Assembly: GCA_963750165.1 (NCBI GenBank)
Contig: CAVVPN010000003.1
Span: 2,912,001 to 2,976,000, forward strand
Direction of reading: 5' to 3'
Source of the DNA: an uncultured Gemmataceae bacterium
GTDB taxonomy: Bacteria > Planctomycetota > Planctomycetia > Gemmatales > Gemmataceae
DNA length: 64,000 nucleotides
The notes below the pieces were generated by a model. The model saw only the letters and a program-made list of their open reading frames with translations. It was not told the DNA's origin and searched no databases. Both the position numbers and the translations under genes were made by a program. Below, piece after piece: positions 22,152 through 31,167 of this stretch; the stretch's first letter is position 1, and every line of letters begins with the position of its first letter.

Positions 22152-22259
22152 TCAGAAGTCAGAAGTCAGAGGTCAGAAGTCAGAAGTCAGAAAACAGCGC
22201 CAAGCCGCAAGCAGCAGAAAAGATAACCTGACCTCTGACTTCTGACTTCTGACCTCTGA
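22152..22259. repeat. Inverted arrays of the heptamer TCAGA(A/G)G
   Basis: (TCAGARG)x5-6 at 22152-22191 and (CTGACYT)x4-5 at 22227-22259. Confidence 0.9.
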
Positions 22260-22352
22260 GAAAATTGCCCTTCCCCTCCGACGGCCCGAGTGGGTATAAG
22301 CGCGCCCACGAGGGGGTGCCTTCGGGTACGGTTTTTGAGCAAGGAGGTAAGC

Positions 22353-23300
22353 ATGAGTGTGCGCAGAAGTGTGCTGCGAGGGCTGGCGAGCCTGGCGGCA
22401 CTGGGGGTGTTGAGCGGGGCCGTGGCGGCGCAGGCGCCGGGCGTCAAGCCGGCGGCGATGGTCAACGGCGAACCCATTCCGCTGTCCGACGTGCAGACGA
22501 TCCTCAAACAGCAGCCGCCGTCGCCCACACCGCTGCCCGCGGCGCAGAAACGCGAGTTGGAACTGTCGGCCCTCAACGGGCTGATCGACGACCTGCTCAT
22601 GAAGCAGTATCTACGCAAGAACGCCAAGCCGGCCGATCCGAAGGAGGTGGACACGGAGGTCAAGGAACTGGAAATGGCGCTGAAGACGGGCAAGAACAAG
22701 ATGACCTTGAAGGAGTTCCTGGACAGCAGCGGCCAGACAGAGGCCCAGCTGCGGGCGGACCTGGCGACGCGCGTGCAGTGGAAGGCGTTCATCCTGCCGC
22801 GGCTGCCGGATAACGTCGTCAAGGCGTACTACGACGCCAACAAGCTGTTTTTCGACAAGGTGTTCGTGCGGGCCAGCCACATCCTGATCAAGTTGCCGCC
22901 GACGGCGAGTGCGGCGGAGCGGCAGGCGGCGCACGCGAAGCTGGCGGCGCTGCGGGTGGAGATCGTGGCGGGCAAGCTGGACTTCGCCAAGGCGGCCAAG
23001 GAAAACTCGGACTGCCCGAGCAAGGAGAACGGCGGCGACATCGGGCCGTTCCCGTTCAAGTTCGCGGTGGTCGAGCCGTTCGCGCGGGCGGCCTTCGCGA
23101 CCAAGGTGGGCGACGTGACCGATGTGGTCACGACCGAGTTCGGCCTGCACCTCATCAAGGTGACCGACCGCAACGAGGGGCAGAAGTCCAACTACGAACA
23201 GATCAAGGACCAGGTTCGTGAGGTCTACGCGCAGGAGATTTATCAGAACATCATCTCGGACATGCGCAAGAACTCGAGGATTGAGACGAACCTGCCGTGA
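22353..23300 (+). CDS. Parvulin-type peptidyl-prolyl isomerase (PrsA/SurA-like)
   Basis: Signal peptide, AMVNGEPI, VRASHILIK, FAKAAKENSDCPSKENGGDIG, TEFGLHLIKV. Confidence 0.92.
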   Translation: MSVRRSVLRGLASLAALGVLSGAVAAQAPGVKPAAMVNGEPIPLSDVQTILKQQPPSPTPLPAAQKRELELSALNGLIDDLLMKQYLRKNAKPADPKEVDTEVKELEMALKTGKNKMTLKEFLDSSGQTEAQLRADLATRVQWKAFILPRLPDNVVKAYYDANKLFFDKVFVRASHILIKLPPTASAAERQAAHAKLAALRVEIVAGKLDFAKAAKENSDCPSKENGGDIGPFPFKFAVVEPFARAAFATKVGDVTDVVTTEFGLHLIKVTDRNEGQKSNYEQIKDQVREVYAQEIYQNIISDMRKNSRIETNLP

Positions 23301-23317
23301 ACCTCGACGTAACGGCT

Positions 23318-23349
23318 CCCCTCTCCCCCTGCCAGGGAGAGAGGGGAGA
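23318..23349. repeat. Short CCCCTCTCCC/GGGAGAGAGGGG palindrome between convergent genes
   Basis: CCCCTCTCCCCCTGCCAGGGAGAGAGGGGAG. Confidence 0.6.
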
Positions 23350-23357
23350 AAAACCCG

Positions 23358-25025
23358 TCAGCGCAGCGCCCGCCCGGGCCGCGCCCCCGTGTGCTGGCCG
23401 CGCTCCAGCACCACCTGCCCGTTCACGATCACGTACTCAATACCCTCGCTGTAGCGGAACGGCTCCGCATAGGTGGCCCGGTCGATAACGCGCTCCGGGT
23501 CGAACAGGGTAATGTCCGCGTAGTTGCCGGGCCGCAGCAGACCACGGTCGTAAACGCCGATCTTGACCGCGTTCTGCGAGGTCATCTTGCGCATCGCGTC
23601 TTCCAGGCGCAGCAGCTTTTTCTGACGGACGTAGACGCCAAGCACGCGCGGGAAGGTGCCGAAACTGCGCGGGTGTGGATGGCCGCGCCGCAGCGGCCCT
23701 GCCGTGGCGTGGGCCGTGCCGTCCGAGCCAATCGAGCACCACGGCTGCACCATTGCCAGGTTCATGTCCTTCTCGGTGTGATGGTCGTAAACCGTGGACA
23801 CCGAGCCGTTCTGTTCAATCAGGATGTCAAACAATTCGTCAAGGTAGTCAGGCGGCGGCTGCTTGTTTTTGGTGCGCGCCGCCAGGACGCGGTCCATCGT
23901 CAGGCCCTTGTAACTGTTGTTGGCGCTGATGAGCATGCGCGACCAGTCGCCGCCGACCGCGGTGTAATGGTTGTACCAGCCGGGAATGCCTTCGCGAATA
24001 TCCTTCTTCAATTTCACGCGCTCCTTGGAGTCTTTCAGACGCGCGAGCAGTTTCGCGGTGCCGCCCTCGTGCGCCCAGGGCGGAATGATGCTCGACAGGT
24101 TGTTATTGCCGCGCGTGTAGGGGTACACGTCGGCACCGACGTTGACGCCCTGCTTGCGGGCGTCGTCGATCAGCTTGACGACCTCGTTCATGCGGCCCCA
24201 GTTGACCTGATCGGCGATCTTGATGTGCAGGATTTCCACCGCGACGCCCGCCCGCCGGCCAACCGCGATGGCCTCGCGGATGGCGGCGAACACGTCGCTG
24301 CCCTCGTTGCGGATGTGGACGACGAAGATGCCGCGATAGCGAGCCACCACCTTGCACAGTTCCACCAGGTCATCCGTCGTCGCCAGCATGTCCGGCGTCT
24401 GCGCCAGGCAACACGACAGGCCCTTCGCACCGTTCTTCATCGCCTCCTCAACGAGGGCCTTCATCTGCTCGAACTCATCCTTCGTGGGCCGGCGGTGCGA
24501 GGTGCCCATGACGGAGCGCCAGACGTTGCCCAGGCCGACGAACGACGCGACGTTGGTGCTGACGCCGGCCTTTTCCACCGCGTCGAAGTAGCCGCCCAGC
24601 GTTTGCCAGCGCGTCTCCTTGCCGCGCACCATGAACTTCGGCGGCGTGTACTTGCCCTGGTAGGGGCCGGCGGAACCGCTCTCGCCGAGCACTTCCGTGG
24701 TGACACCCTGGCGAATCTTGCTCTGGGCGTTGCCATCCTCCAGGATCGTGAAGTCCGAGTGCGAATGGATGTCGATGAAGCCCGGGGCGACGACCAGGCC
24801 TTTGGCGTCGATCTCGCGCTTGCCCTTGCCCGCCACCCTGCCAAGAGCGGCGATGCGGTCGCCCTTGATCGCGAGGTCGCCGTGATACCAGGGGTTGCCG
24901 GTGCCATCGACGAGCTTGCCGTTGCGGATGACGAGATCGTAGGCGGCGTCCGGTTGCGGCGTTGTCGGGAGTGCCAGGGTGGCGAGCAGGAAGGGGGCCA
25001 GGAGGACGCAGAGGGAGCGGCGCAT
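23358..25025 (-). CDS. N-acyl-D-amino-acid deacylase (amidohydrolase), secreted
   Basis: YDLVIRNGKLVDGTGNP, APGFIDIHSHSD, QGVTTEV, HIRNE, DVYPY, IGSDG, HPHPRSFGTFPR. Confidence 0.93.
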   Translation of the reverse strand: MRRSLCVLLAPFLLATLALPTTPQPDAAYDLVIRNGKLVDGTGNPWYHGDLAIKGDRIAALGRVAGKGKREIDAKGLVVAPGFIDIHSHSDFTILEDGNAQSKIRQGVTTEVLGESGSAGPYQGKYTPPKFMVRGKETRWQTLGGYFDAVEKAGVSTNVASFVGLGNVWRSVMGTSHRRPTKDEFEQMKALVEEAMKNGAKGLSCCLAQTPDMLATTDDLVELCKVVARYRGIFVVHIRNEGSDVFAAIREAIAVGRRAGVAVEILHIKIADQVNWGRMNEVVKLIDDARKQGVNVGADVYPYTRGNNNLSSIIPPWAHEGGTAKLLARLKDSKERVKLKKDIREGIPGWYNHYTAVGGDWSRMLISANNSYKGLTMDRVLAARTKNKQPPPDYLDELFDILIEQNGSVSTVYDHHTEKDMNLAMVQPWCSIGSDGTAHATAGPLRRGHPHPRSFGTFPRVLGVYVRQKKLLRLEDAMRKMTSQNAVKIGVYDRGLLRPGNYADITLFDPERVIDRATYAEPFRYSEGIEYVIVNGQVVLERGQHTGARPGRALR

Positions 25026-25164
25026 GGGCTGCCCTTTCAGAAGCGGCGGAAGGATGGTTTCAACTGAAGTGGTATGATATACAACAAAGTCGGTGCGTGC
25101 CGTCGCTGGTGGTGTCGTGGCCGGCAACTTGTCGAGGGCAACCCGACGCGAAAGGAAAAGCCTC

Positions 25165-25500
25165 ATGAGCCTTGATGAAGCCATCGTCGCAGGGACGCTC
25201 AAGCCGGATGGCACGTTGGAGCTGGATCGCAGGCCCAACCTGGCGCCGGGGCGGGTCTCGGTGATTTTGCGACCGCTGCCGCAGTTGCCCTCGGGGGATC
25301 CCTTCTTCGACATGCTCAAGAACATCTGGGAGGCACGCGCCCGGGCCGGATTAACCCCCCGTTCGGTAGAAGAAGTGGAGGCCCACCGCCAACGGTTGCG
25401 GGACGATTCGGCGGAGGAATTGGCGGAAGCGGCGGGACTTCAGCGGGAGTGTGGGCCGGCCCAGAACCCCGCTTCCCCGACGAAGGGCGGCAGCGAATGA
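25165..25500 (+). CDS. Putative antitoxin partner of the PIN toxin
   Basis: GTLKPDGTLELDRRPNLAPGRVSVIL...RSVEEVEA; its stop overlaps the PIN start (ATGA). Confidence 0.7.
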   Translation: MSLDEAIVAGTLKPDGTLELDRRPNLAPGRVSVILRPLPQLPSGDPFFDMLKNIWEARARAGLTPRSVEEVEAHRQRLRDDSAEELAEAAGLQRECGPAQNPASPTKGGSE

Positions 25501-25898
25501 TCGTCTGCCTGGACGCGAATCTGGTGATTTATCTGGTCGAAGCGAACCCGGTTTGGACGCCGAAGGCGACGGCACGGTTGGCGCTGCTCCGGGCGGCGGG
25601 GGATGCAATTGCCGTCAGCGATGCGGCCCGGCTGGAATGCCTGGTCAAGCCCTTCACCATCGGGAACGCCGCCGACATCGCCAGCTATCAAAGCTTCTTT
25701 GTCAGTCCGCAGGTGACGATGTTACCTGTCACTGCCGCTGTGTGGGAGCGGGCGGCCCGAATCGGGGCAACGGTTAATCTCAAGCCGCTGGACACCGTGC
25801 ATCTCGCCACGGCCATCGAACACGGCTGCGGGCTGTTCCTGACCAACGACGCCAAGTTGGCCCGTTGCGCCGACATCCCCGTGGAAGTGCTGACCTGA
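25497..25898 (+). CDS. vapC: VapC-like PIN-domain toxin
   Basis: VCLDANLVIY, ARLECLV, WERAARI, DTVHLATA, FLTND. Confidence 0.9.
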   Translation: MIVCLDANLVIYLVEANPVWTPKATARLALLRAAGDAIAVSDAARLECLVKPFTIGNAADIASYQSFFVSPQVTMLPVTAAVWERAARIGATVNLKPLDTVHLATAIEHGCGLFLTNDAKLARCADIPVEVLT

Positions 25899-25929
25899 TG
25901 ACTGCCCCATCCTGGCAACTATCCTTCAC

Positions 25930-27330
25930 TCAGGCAAGAATTTCCCGAATCACATGCCCATGCACATCCGTCAGCCGCCGGTCCGCGCCGTTGACGCGGA
26001 ACGTCAGTTGCTCATGATCGACACCCAGCAGGTGCAGTAACGTCGCGTGCTGGTCGTAGCACATCGTCCGCCGTGTCGCGGCGTGGAACGAGAACTCATC
26101 GCTCTCCCCATAACTGACGCCGCCGCGCACACCGCCGCCGGCCATCCAGCTCACGAAGGTGTTGCCGTTGTGGTCGCGGCCGTTGCCGTTCTGGCTGTAC
26201 GGCGTGCGGCCGAACTCCGTCGTCCAGTACACCACCGTCTCATCCAGAAGCCCGCGCGCTTTCAGGTCGCGGAGCAGGCCGGCGATGGGTTTGTCACTGC
26301 GGATGCACATCCGCTCGAAGTCCGAGTTGCGGCGCACGTCGTTGTGGCTGTCCCAGTTGCCGCTGGCACCGTTCAGGCCGGAGCCGCACCACAACTGCAC
26401 GAAGCGCACGCCGCGCTCCACCAACCGGCGCGCGATCAAACAGTTGCGGCCGAAGTCGCGTGTACGCGCATCGTCCAGGCCGTACAGGCGCGTCGTCGCC
26501 GCCGTCTCGGTGCGCAGATCCAGCACCTCCGGCACCGCCAGTTGCATGCGCGCGGCCAGTTCGTAGGAGCGGATGCGCGCCTCCAGCCGGGAATCGCCGG
26601 GCGTCCGTTGCTGTTGCTGGCGGTTCAGTTCGGCCAGCAGGTCGAGTCCTTCGCGCTCGCTGTCGCGCGTGACGAAGCGCGTGGTGCGCGGCGCGAACAG
26701 GTCCGGCACCGGGTTGTCGGCGGCAGGCTGGAGCATGGTCGCCTGGTGCTGAGCGGGCAGAAAGCCGCTGCCCCACGCGGCCTGACCGGTCCAGGGCAGG
26801 CCGACCGGATCGGGCAGCGCCACGAACGTCGGCAGGTTGCGGTTGAGGCTGCCGAGGGCGTAGCTGACCCAGGCGCCGACGCTGGGAAAGCCGGGCACGA
26901 CGAAGCCACTGACCTGCATGGTCTGGCCGGCGCTGTGCTCGCTGGTCGGGGCGTGCATCGCCAGCAGGAACGCCAGGTCATCGACACAGCCGGCCAGGTG
27001 CGGCAGCGCGTCGGTCACCCAGCGGCCACAGCGGCCGTGCCGCCGCCACGTCCACGGGCTTTTCAGCACAGGGCCGGGCCGCGTCACGGTGCCGCCGGTC
27101 ACACGGAAGGGCACTGTCTGGCCGTGGCGGCGGATCAGCTCCGGCTTGTAGTCGAAGGTGTCGCACTGGCTGGCGCCACCGAGCATGAACAGCTGAATCA
27201 CCGCTTTCGCGCGAGCCGGTGCCGCCTGGCCCGCTGCGGCGTCCTGTTCGTGCAGCAGCCAGGCCAGGGCCAGCGAGCCGAGACCACCGCCGCATTGCTG
27301 AAGCCAATCCCGCCGGCTGATGGGAAGCAT
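25930..27330 (-). CDS. DUF1501 protein (Tat-like N-terminus)
   Basis: SRRDWL, AKAVIQLFMLGGASQCDTFDYKP, CLIARRLVERGVRFVQ, NWDSH, TEFGRTP, GRDHN, RRLTDVHG. Confidence 0.95.
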   Translation of the reverse strand: MLPISRRDWLQQCGGGLGSLALAWLLHEQDAAAGQAAPARAKAVIQLFMLGGASQCDTFDYKPELIRRHGQTVPFRVTGGTVTRPGPVLKSPWTWRRHGRCGRWVTDALPHLAGCVDDLAFLLAMHAPTSEHSAGQTMQVSGFVVPGFPSVGAWVSYALGSLNRNLPTFVALPDPVGLPWTGQAAWGSGFLPAQHQATMLQPAADNPVPDLFAPRTTRFVTRDSEREGLDLLAELNRQQQQRTPGDSRLEARIRSYELAARMQLAVPEVLDLRTETAATTRLYGLDDARTRDFGRNCLIARRLVERGVRFVQLWCGSGLNGASGNWDSHNDVRRNSDFERMCIRSDKPIAGLLRDLKARGLLDETVVYWTTEFGRTPYSQNGNGRDHNGNTFVSWMAGGGVRGGVSYGESDEFSFHAATRRTMCYDQHATLLHLLGVDHEQLTFRVNGADRRLTDVHGHVIREILA

Positions 27331-27359
27331 GGGGTCAAAACCTCTCGTTGGTTACGAAC

Positions 27360-27809
27360 AATTAGCCACAGAGGACACAGAGATCACAGAGAGAAGCGCT
27401 TGACGCCGTCCAGCAACCTTGGCAAACCAAAGTTAATGAGAAGGCCGCGTTTGAGTCGGGTGGCTTTCAAGTAGGAAAGGATCTGGGCGGTGGCGACTTC
27501 CGGTAATTTGGAAAGCGATTTCAATTCGATGATAACTTCCTTGGCGACCAGCAGGTCCAGTTTTTGGCCCTTGATGGTATGGCCCTTGTAGTACATATCG
27601 ACCTCGACCTGTCGGTCATACGGGATTCCGCGCAAATCCATTTCCACGCACAGGGCTTCCTCGTACACAGCTTCCAACAAGCCCGGACCGAGGATTCGGT
27701 GAACCTCGATCGCGGCCCCAATGATTTGTTCCGTCAACGGATCGTTATTCATTTCTTCCTCTTCTTTCTCTCTTTCTCTCTGTGCTCTCTGTGTCCTCTG
27801 TGGCTAATT
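27360..27809. mobile_element. GxxExxY gene enclosed by 36-bp inverted repeats (27360-27395 and 27774-27809)
   Basis: AATTAGCCACAGAGGACACAGAGA(T/G)CACAGAGAGAA on both sides, one mismatch. Confidence 0.7.
27384..27752 (-). CDS. GxxExxY protein (PD-(D/E)XK nuclease-like)
   Basis: IIGAAIEVHRILGPGLLEAVYEEAL, DLLV..VIIELKS, AQILSYLK, GLLINFG. Confidence 0.95.
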   Translation of the reverse strand: MNNDPLTEQIIGAAIEVHRILGPGLLEAVYEEALCVEMDLRGIPYDRQVEVDMYYKGHTIKGQKLDLLVAKEVIIELKSLSKLPEVATAQILSYLKATRLKRGLLINFGLPRLLDGVKRFSL

Positions 27810-27814
27810 CTTTT

Positions 27815-30800
27815 TCAGTGGATGAACAGAAAATCGTTGGTGTTCAACAGCACGCGGCAGACGTTGGCCAGCCCGTGGCGTTTCGCATACGCGCTCAGCA
27901 ACTGCGTCTCGCGCGGCTGCGGCGGCCGGCCCAGCACCAGCAGGCAGGCGCGGTCGATGCGCCCCGCCAGGTCGGGCGCCTCGCGCTCCAGGCGCGCGGC
28001 CAGATGCTCACACTGCCGCAGCACAAAGCGGTTGTTGTACAGCGTCAGCGCCTGCAATGGCGTGATCGTCTCGTTGCGCCGGGCCGCGGACAGCGACGGG
28101 TCCACCGCGTCGAACGTCTCCAGCAGCGGGTCGTTGACGTTGCGGAAGACGAAGCGGTAGACGCTGCGGCGGTAGCTGGCGGGGCTGTCCGGGTCAAAGG
28201 TGTCGTAGCGGATCTGCGGCGACACTTCCTTGTTCGGATCCTTGAAGTCGAACTGCATCACCGACGGCCCGCCCATCTTCAGATCAAGCTTGCCGCTCAC
28301 GGCCAGCAGTGTGTCGCGCAGCATCTCCGCGTCGAGGCGGCCGCGGTTCATCCGCCAGAGATACCGGTTGTCCGTGTCGATCTTCGCCTTGCCCGGGTCG
28401 CGGTCGGAAACCTGGCGGTACGCGGCGCTGGTGACGATGAGCCTGTGCAACTTCTTCAGCGATCCGCCGCCGTCGCGGAACTCGACCGCCAGCCAGTCAA
28501 GCAGTTCCGGATGCGATGGCAGCCCACCCAGGCGGCCCAGGTCGTTGGGCGAATCGACGATGCCGCGGCCGAAATGGTAGTGCCAGACGCGGTTGACGAT
28601 GCTGCGCCACGTCAACACGTTCGCCGGGTCCGTCAGCCAGCGCGCCAGCGCCGCCCGCCGTGCCCCCTCGTCCCTTGGCGGTACGTCGAATTCCGCCTTC
28701 AGGCCGGGCACACACGCCAGCGCCCCGGGGCCGACCGCCTCCAGCGGGTTCTTCACGTCGCCGCGGCGCAGCACGTGAACCGGCTGCGGCACCTTCGGCG
28801 CCCGATAATTGCGGAAGGTCGGGAAATCGCTGGCAATCGCCCACACCTTCGGCTGCGGCGGCAGTTTGGCCAGCTGCTCCTGGACGTGCCGGCGCAGGTA
28901 CTGTTTGGCGATCAGGGCCGCCTGCGCCGCGGTGCGTTTCGCGGTCGGCACCGCCAGCGCGGCGGCCAGGTCGGCCGGCAGCGGTTGGACGAGGCCCGGC
29001 GTCGGACTGGTCGTGACGGAGAGCCGCAGCCGGCCGATGAGATGGCCGCCACCGTGCAGCTGGTCGAGCCGCACGGTGAGCACGCCGGGACCGTCGAACT
29101 TCAGCGGCTGCTTCAACTCGAAGACCGCCTGGTGCGGCCGGCCGACCTGCGGGAAGATGCCCCAGGCGGTTTCCTTCTTGCCGTCGATGGCCCGCGCAAT
29201 GTCCCAGCCGGCCTGGTTGAAGTCCGCGGTCGCCTTGCGGATGGCCACGTCCGCAGTGCCGGTCCGCAGGCGGAACTCCGACAGGTGCAGGTTGCCATTG
29301 TCCTGGCGACCGGGGCCCTGCTTCGGCAGCGATTCGTGCGGCAGTACCTCCAGTCGTACCGCCGTGACGCCCTGCAGCGCTGTCCTGGCCGTGAGGGTGT
29401 ACGTGTCCCGCTCCGGCCGTGGGCCGCCGCACAGCAGCGAACCGTCCGCCAGCGCCGTGAATGTCGTGCCCTTTTCCGAGCGGGCGTCGAGCTTTGTCAG
29501 CACGCGCCACAGCGCCGCCGATTCGCCCACCGCTTTTTCCCATGCGGCCTGTGCGCCGGCCAGCGCCTGGCGTTCGGCGGGCGAGAACGCTGTCACCCAG
29601 TTGTCACCATCGAGCAGCGCCTGGCGGCGCCGCCAGCCCTTGCGCCTCGCGTCGACGACCAGGTCCGTCTCGTAGGGCCGCTCCGCCCGGCCAATGCCGG
29701 CGAACACGGCCTGCAAGCGGTAGTAGTCGCGCTGCGAAATCGGGTCAAACTTGTGCTCGTGGCAGCGGGCGCAGTGGACGGTGACGCTCAGGAACGTCGC
29801 GGCCAGGCTGCTCACCATGTCGTCGCGGTCGAGGTTCAGGGCGATCTTGCGACAGTCGGTGCCGTCGGTCTGCTCGACCAGGGCGCTCTGGTTGAACGGC
29901 CCCGCGGCGGCGAAGCCCAGCGCCGGCAGCAGCGTCGGATCGTCCGGGAACAGCACGTCCGCGGCGACCTGCTCCTGCACGAAGCGGGCGTAGGGTTTGT
30001 CCTCGTTGAAGGCGCGAATGAGATAATCGCGATAGGGCCAGGCGTTGAAGCGCGGCCGATCCATGCCGAAGCCGTTCGACTCGCCGTAATGCACCACGTC
30101 CAGCCAGTGCCGGGCCCAGCGCTCGCCGTAGTGCGGTGACGCCAGCAGGCGGTCCACCAATCGCTCATACGCCCGCGGTTCCTGATCCTTGACGAACGCT
30201 GCCACTTCCTCCGGCGTCGGCGGCAGGCCGTGCAGGTCGAACGTCAGCCGGCGGATCAGCGTGCGACGGTCGGCCTCCCGCGACGGGCCGAGGGTTTTTT
30301 CGCGCAACTTCGCCAGCACGAAATAGTCAATGGGAGTCCGCGCCCAGGCGGCGTTGTCCAGCTTCGGCAGCGGCGGCCGCTTCAACGGTTGTAGCGACCA
30401 CCACTCCAGACGACGGGCCTCGGCGGTGTTGACGGTGGTCGGGTAGGCGGCACCGCGGTTGACCCAGTGGACGAAATCCGCGATCACCGCGTCGGCCAGC
30501 TTCGGCTTCTGCAAGGGCATTTTCAGGTCGGGCAGCTGGTGGCGCAGGCTGCGGATCAACAAACTCTGGTTCGCCTTGCCCGGCACCACCGCCGGGCCGG
30601 AGTCGCCGCCCTGCAGCAGCCCCGCCCGCGTGTCCAGCGCCAGACCGCCGCGCGCCTTCCTGGAGGAATGACAGCCGTAGCACGACTCCGCCAGCACGGG
30701 CCGGATGCGGCTCTCGAAGAACTCCACGTCCGCCCGCGCCGGCGGCCCGACCTGCGCGGGGCCGGGCAGCGCCAGGGCGGCGAGCAACGGTACACAAAGC

Positions 30801-30817
30801 AGACTGCAACGGATCAT
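27815..30817 (-). CDS. Planctomycete cytochrome c / DUF1549 / DUF1553 protein
   Basis: FFESRIRPVLAESCYGCH, IRRLTFDLHGLPP, YGERWARHWLD, CARCHEHKFDPI, VNRVWHYHFGRGIV, PSHPELLDWLA, TPLQAL. Confidence 0.95.
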   Translation of the reverse strand: MIRCSLLCVPLLAALALPGPAQVGPPARADVEFFESRIRPVLAESCYGCHSSRKARGGLALDTRAGLLQGGDSGPAVVPGKANQSLLIRSLRHQLPDLKMPLQKPKLADAVIADFVHWVNRGAAYPTTVNTAEARRLEWWSLQPLKRPPLPKLDNAAWARTPIDYFVLAKLREKTLGPSREADRRTLIRRLTFDLHGLPPTPEEVAAFVKDQEPRAYERLVDRLLASPHYGERWARHWLDVVHYGESNGFGMDRPRFNAWPYRDYLIRAFNEDKPYARFVQEQVAADVLFPDDPTLLPALGFAAAGPFNQSALVEQTDGTDCRKIALNLDRDDMVSSLAATFLSVTVHCARCHEHKFDPISQRDYYRLQAVFAGIGRAERPYETDLVVDARRKGWRRRQALLDGDNWVTAFSPAERQALAGAQAAWEKAVGESAALWRVLTKLDARSEKGTTFTALADGSLLCGGPRPERDTYTLTARTALQGVTAVRLEVLPHESLPKQGPGRQDNGNLHLSEFRLRTGTADVAIRKATADFNQAGWDIARAIDGKKETAWGIFPQVGRPHQAVFELKQPLKFDGPGVLTVRLDQLHGGGHLIGRLRLSVTTSPTPGLVQPLPADLAAALAVPTAKRTAAQAALIAKQYLRRHVQEQLAKLPPQPKVWAIASDFPTFRNYRAPKVPQPVHVLRRGDVKNPLEAVGPGALACVPGLKAEFDVPPRDEGARRAALARWLTDPANVLTWRSIVNRVWHYHFGRGIVDSPNDLGRLGGLPSHPELLDWLAVEFRDGGGSLKKLHRLIVTSAAYRQVSDRDPGKAKIDTDNRYLWRMNRGRLDAEMLRDTLLAVSGKLDLKMGGPSVMQFDFKDPNKEVSPQIRYDTFDPDSPASYRRSVYRFVFRNVNDPLLETFDAVDPSLSAARRNETITPLQALTLYNNRFVLRQCEHLAARLEREAPDLAGRIDRACLLVLGRPPQPRETQLLSAYAKRHGLANVCRVLLNTNDFLFIH

Positions 30818-31167
30818 GAGTGGCAGTGGCCTCGGCGGGAAATTTTCCTTGATTGTCGCACCGCGCCCTGGCCGGCGGCAACTGTTTTCGCCGCCTCTTC
30901 CGAAGTGCAGGCGGGCCGCCCGCACTACGGCCTCAGCTGGACATGCGCGGCCTCCTGGACGCGGCCGCATTTGACGACTTCGCTTATGAGGCTACGAAGG
31001 CCGCCCGCACCGTCGCCAGGCGCACCCCGCGGTGCGCGGCGGTGCGCCGTGAAAAGCCCTTGCGAACCGACCGCCCCTCCGCATAATCACTTTATACCCC
31101 CAGGTACAAGCCGCCCGGGACGTACCCCCGGCACCGGCAACTGTCGCAACCTCCGAGGCAGACCATC

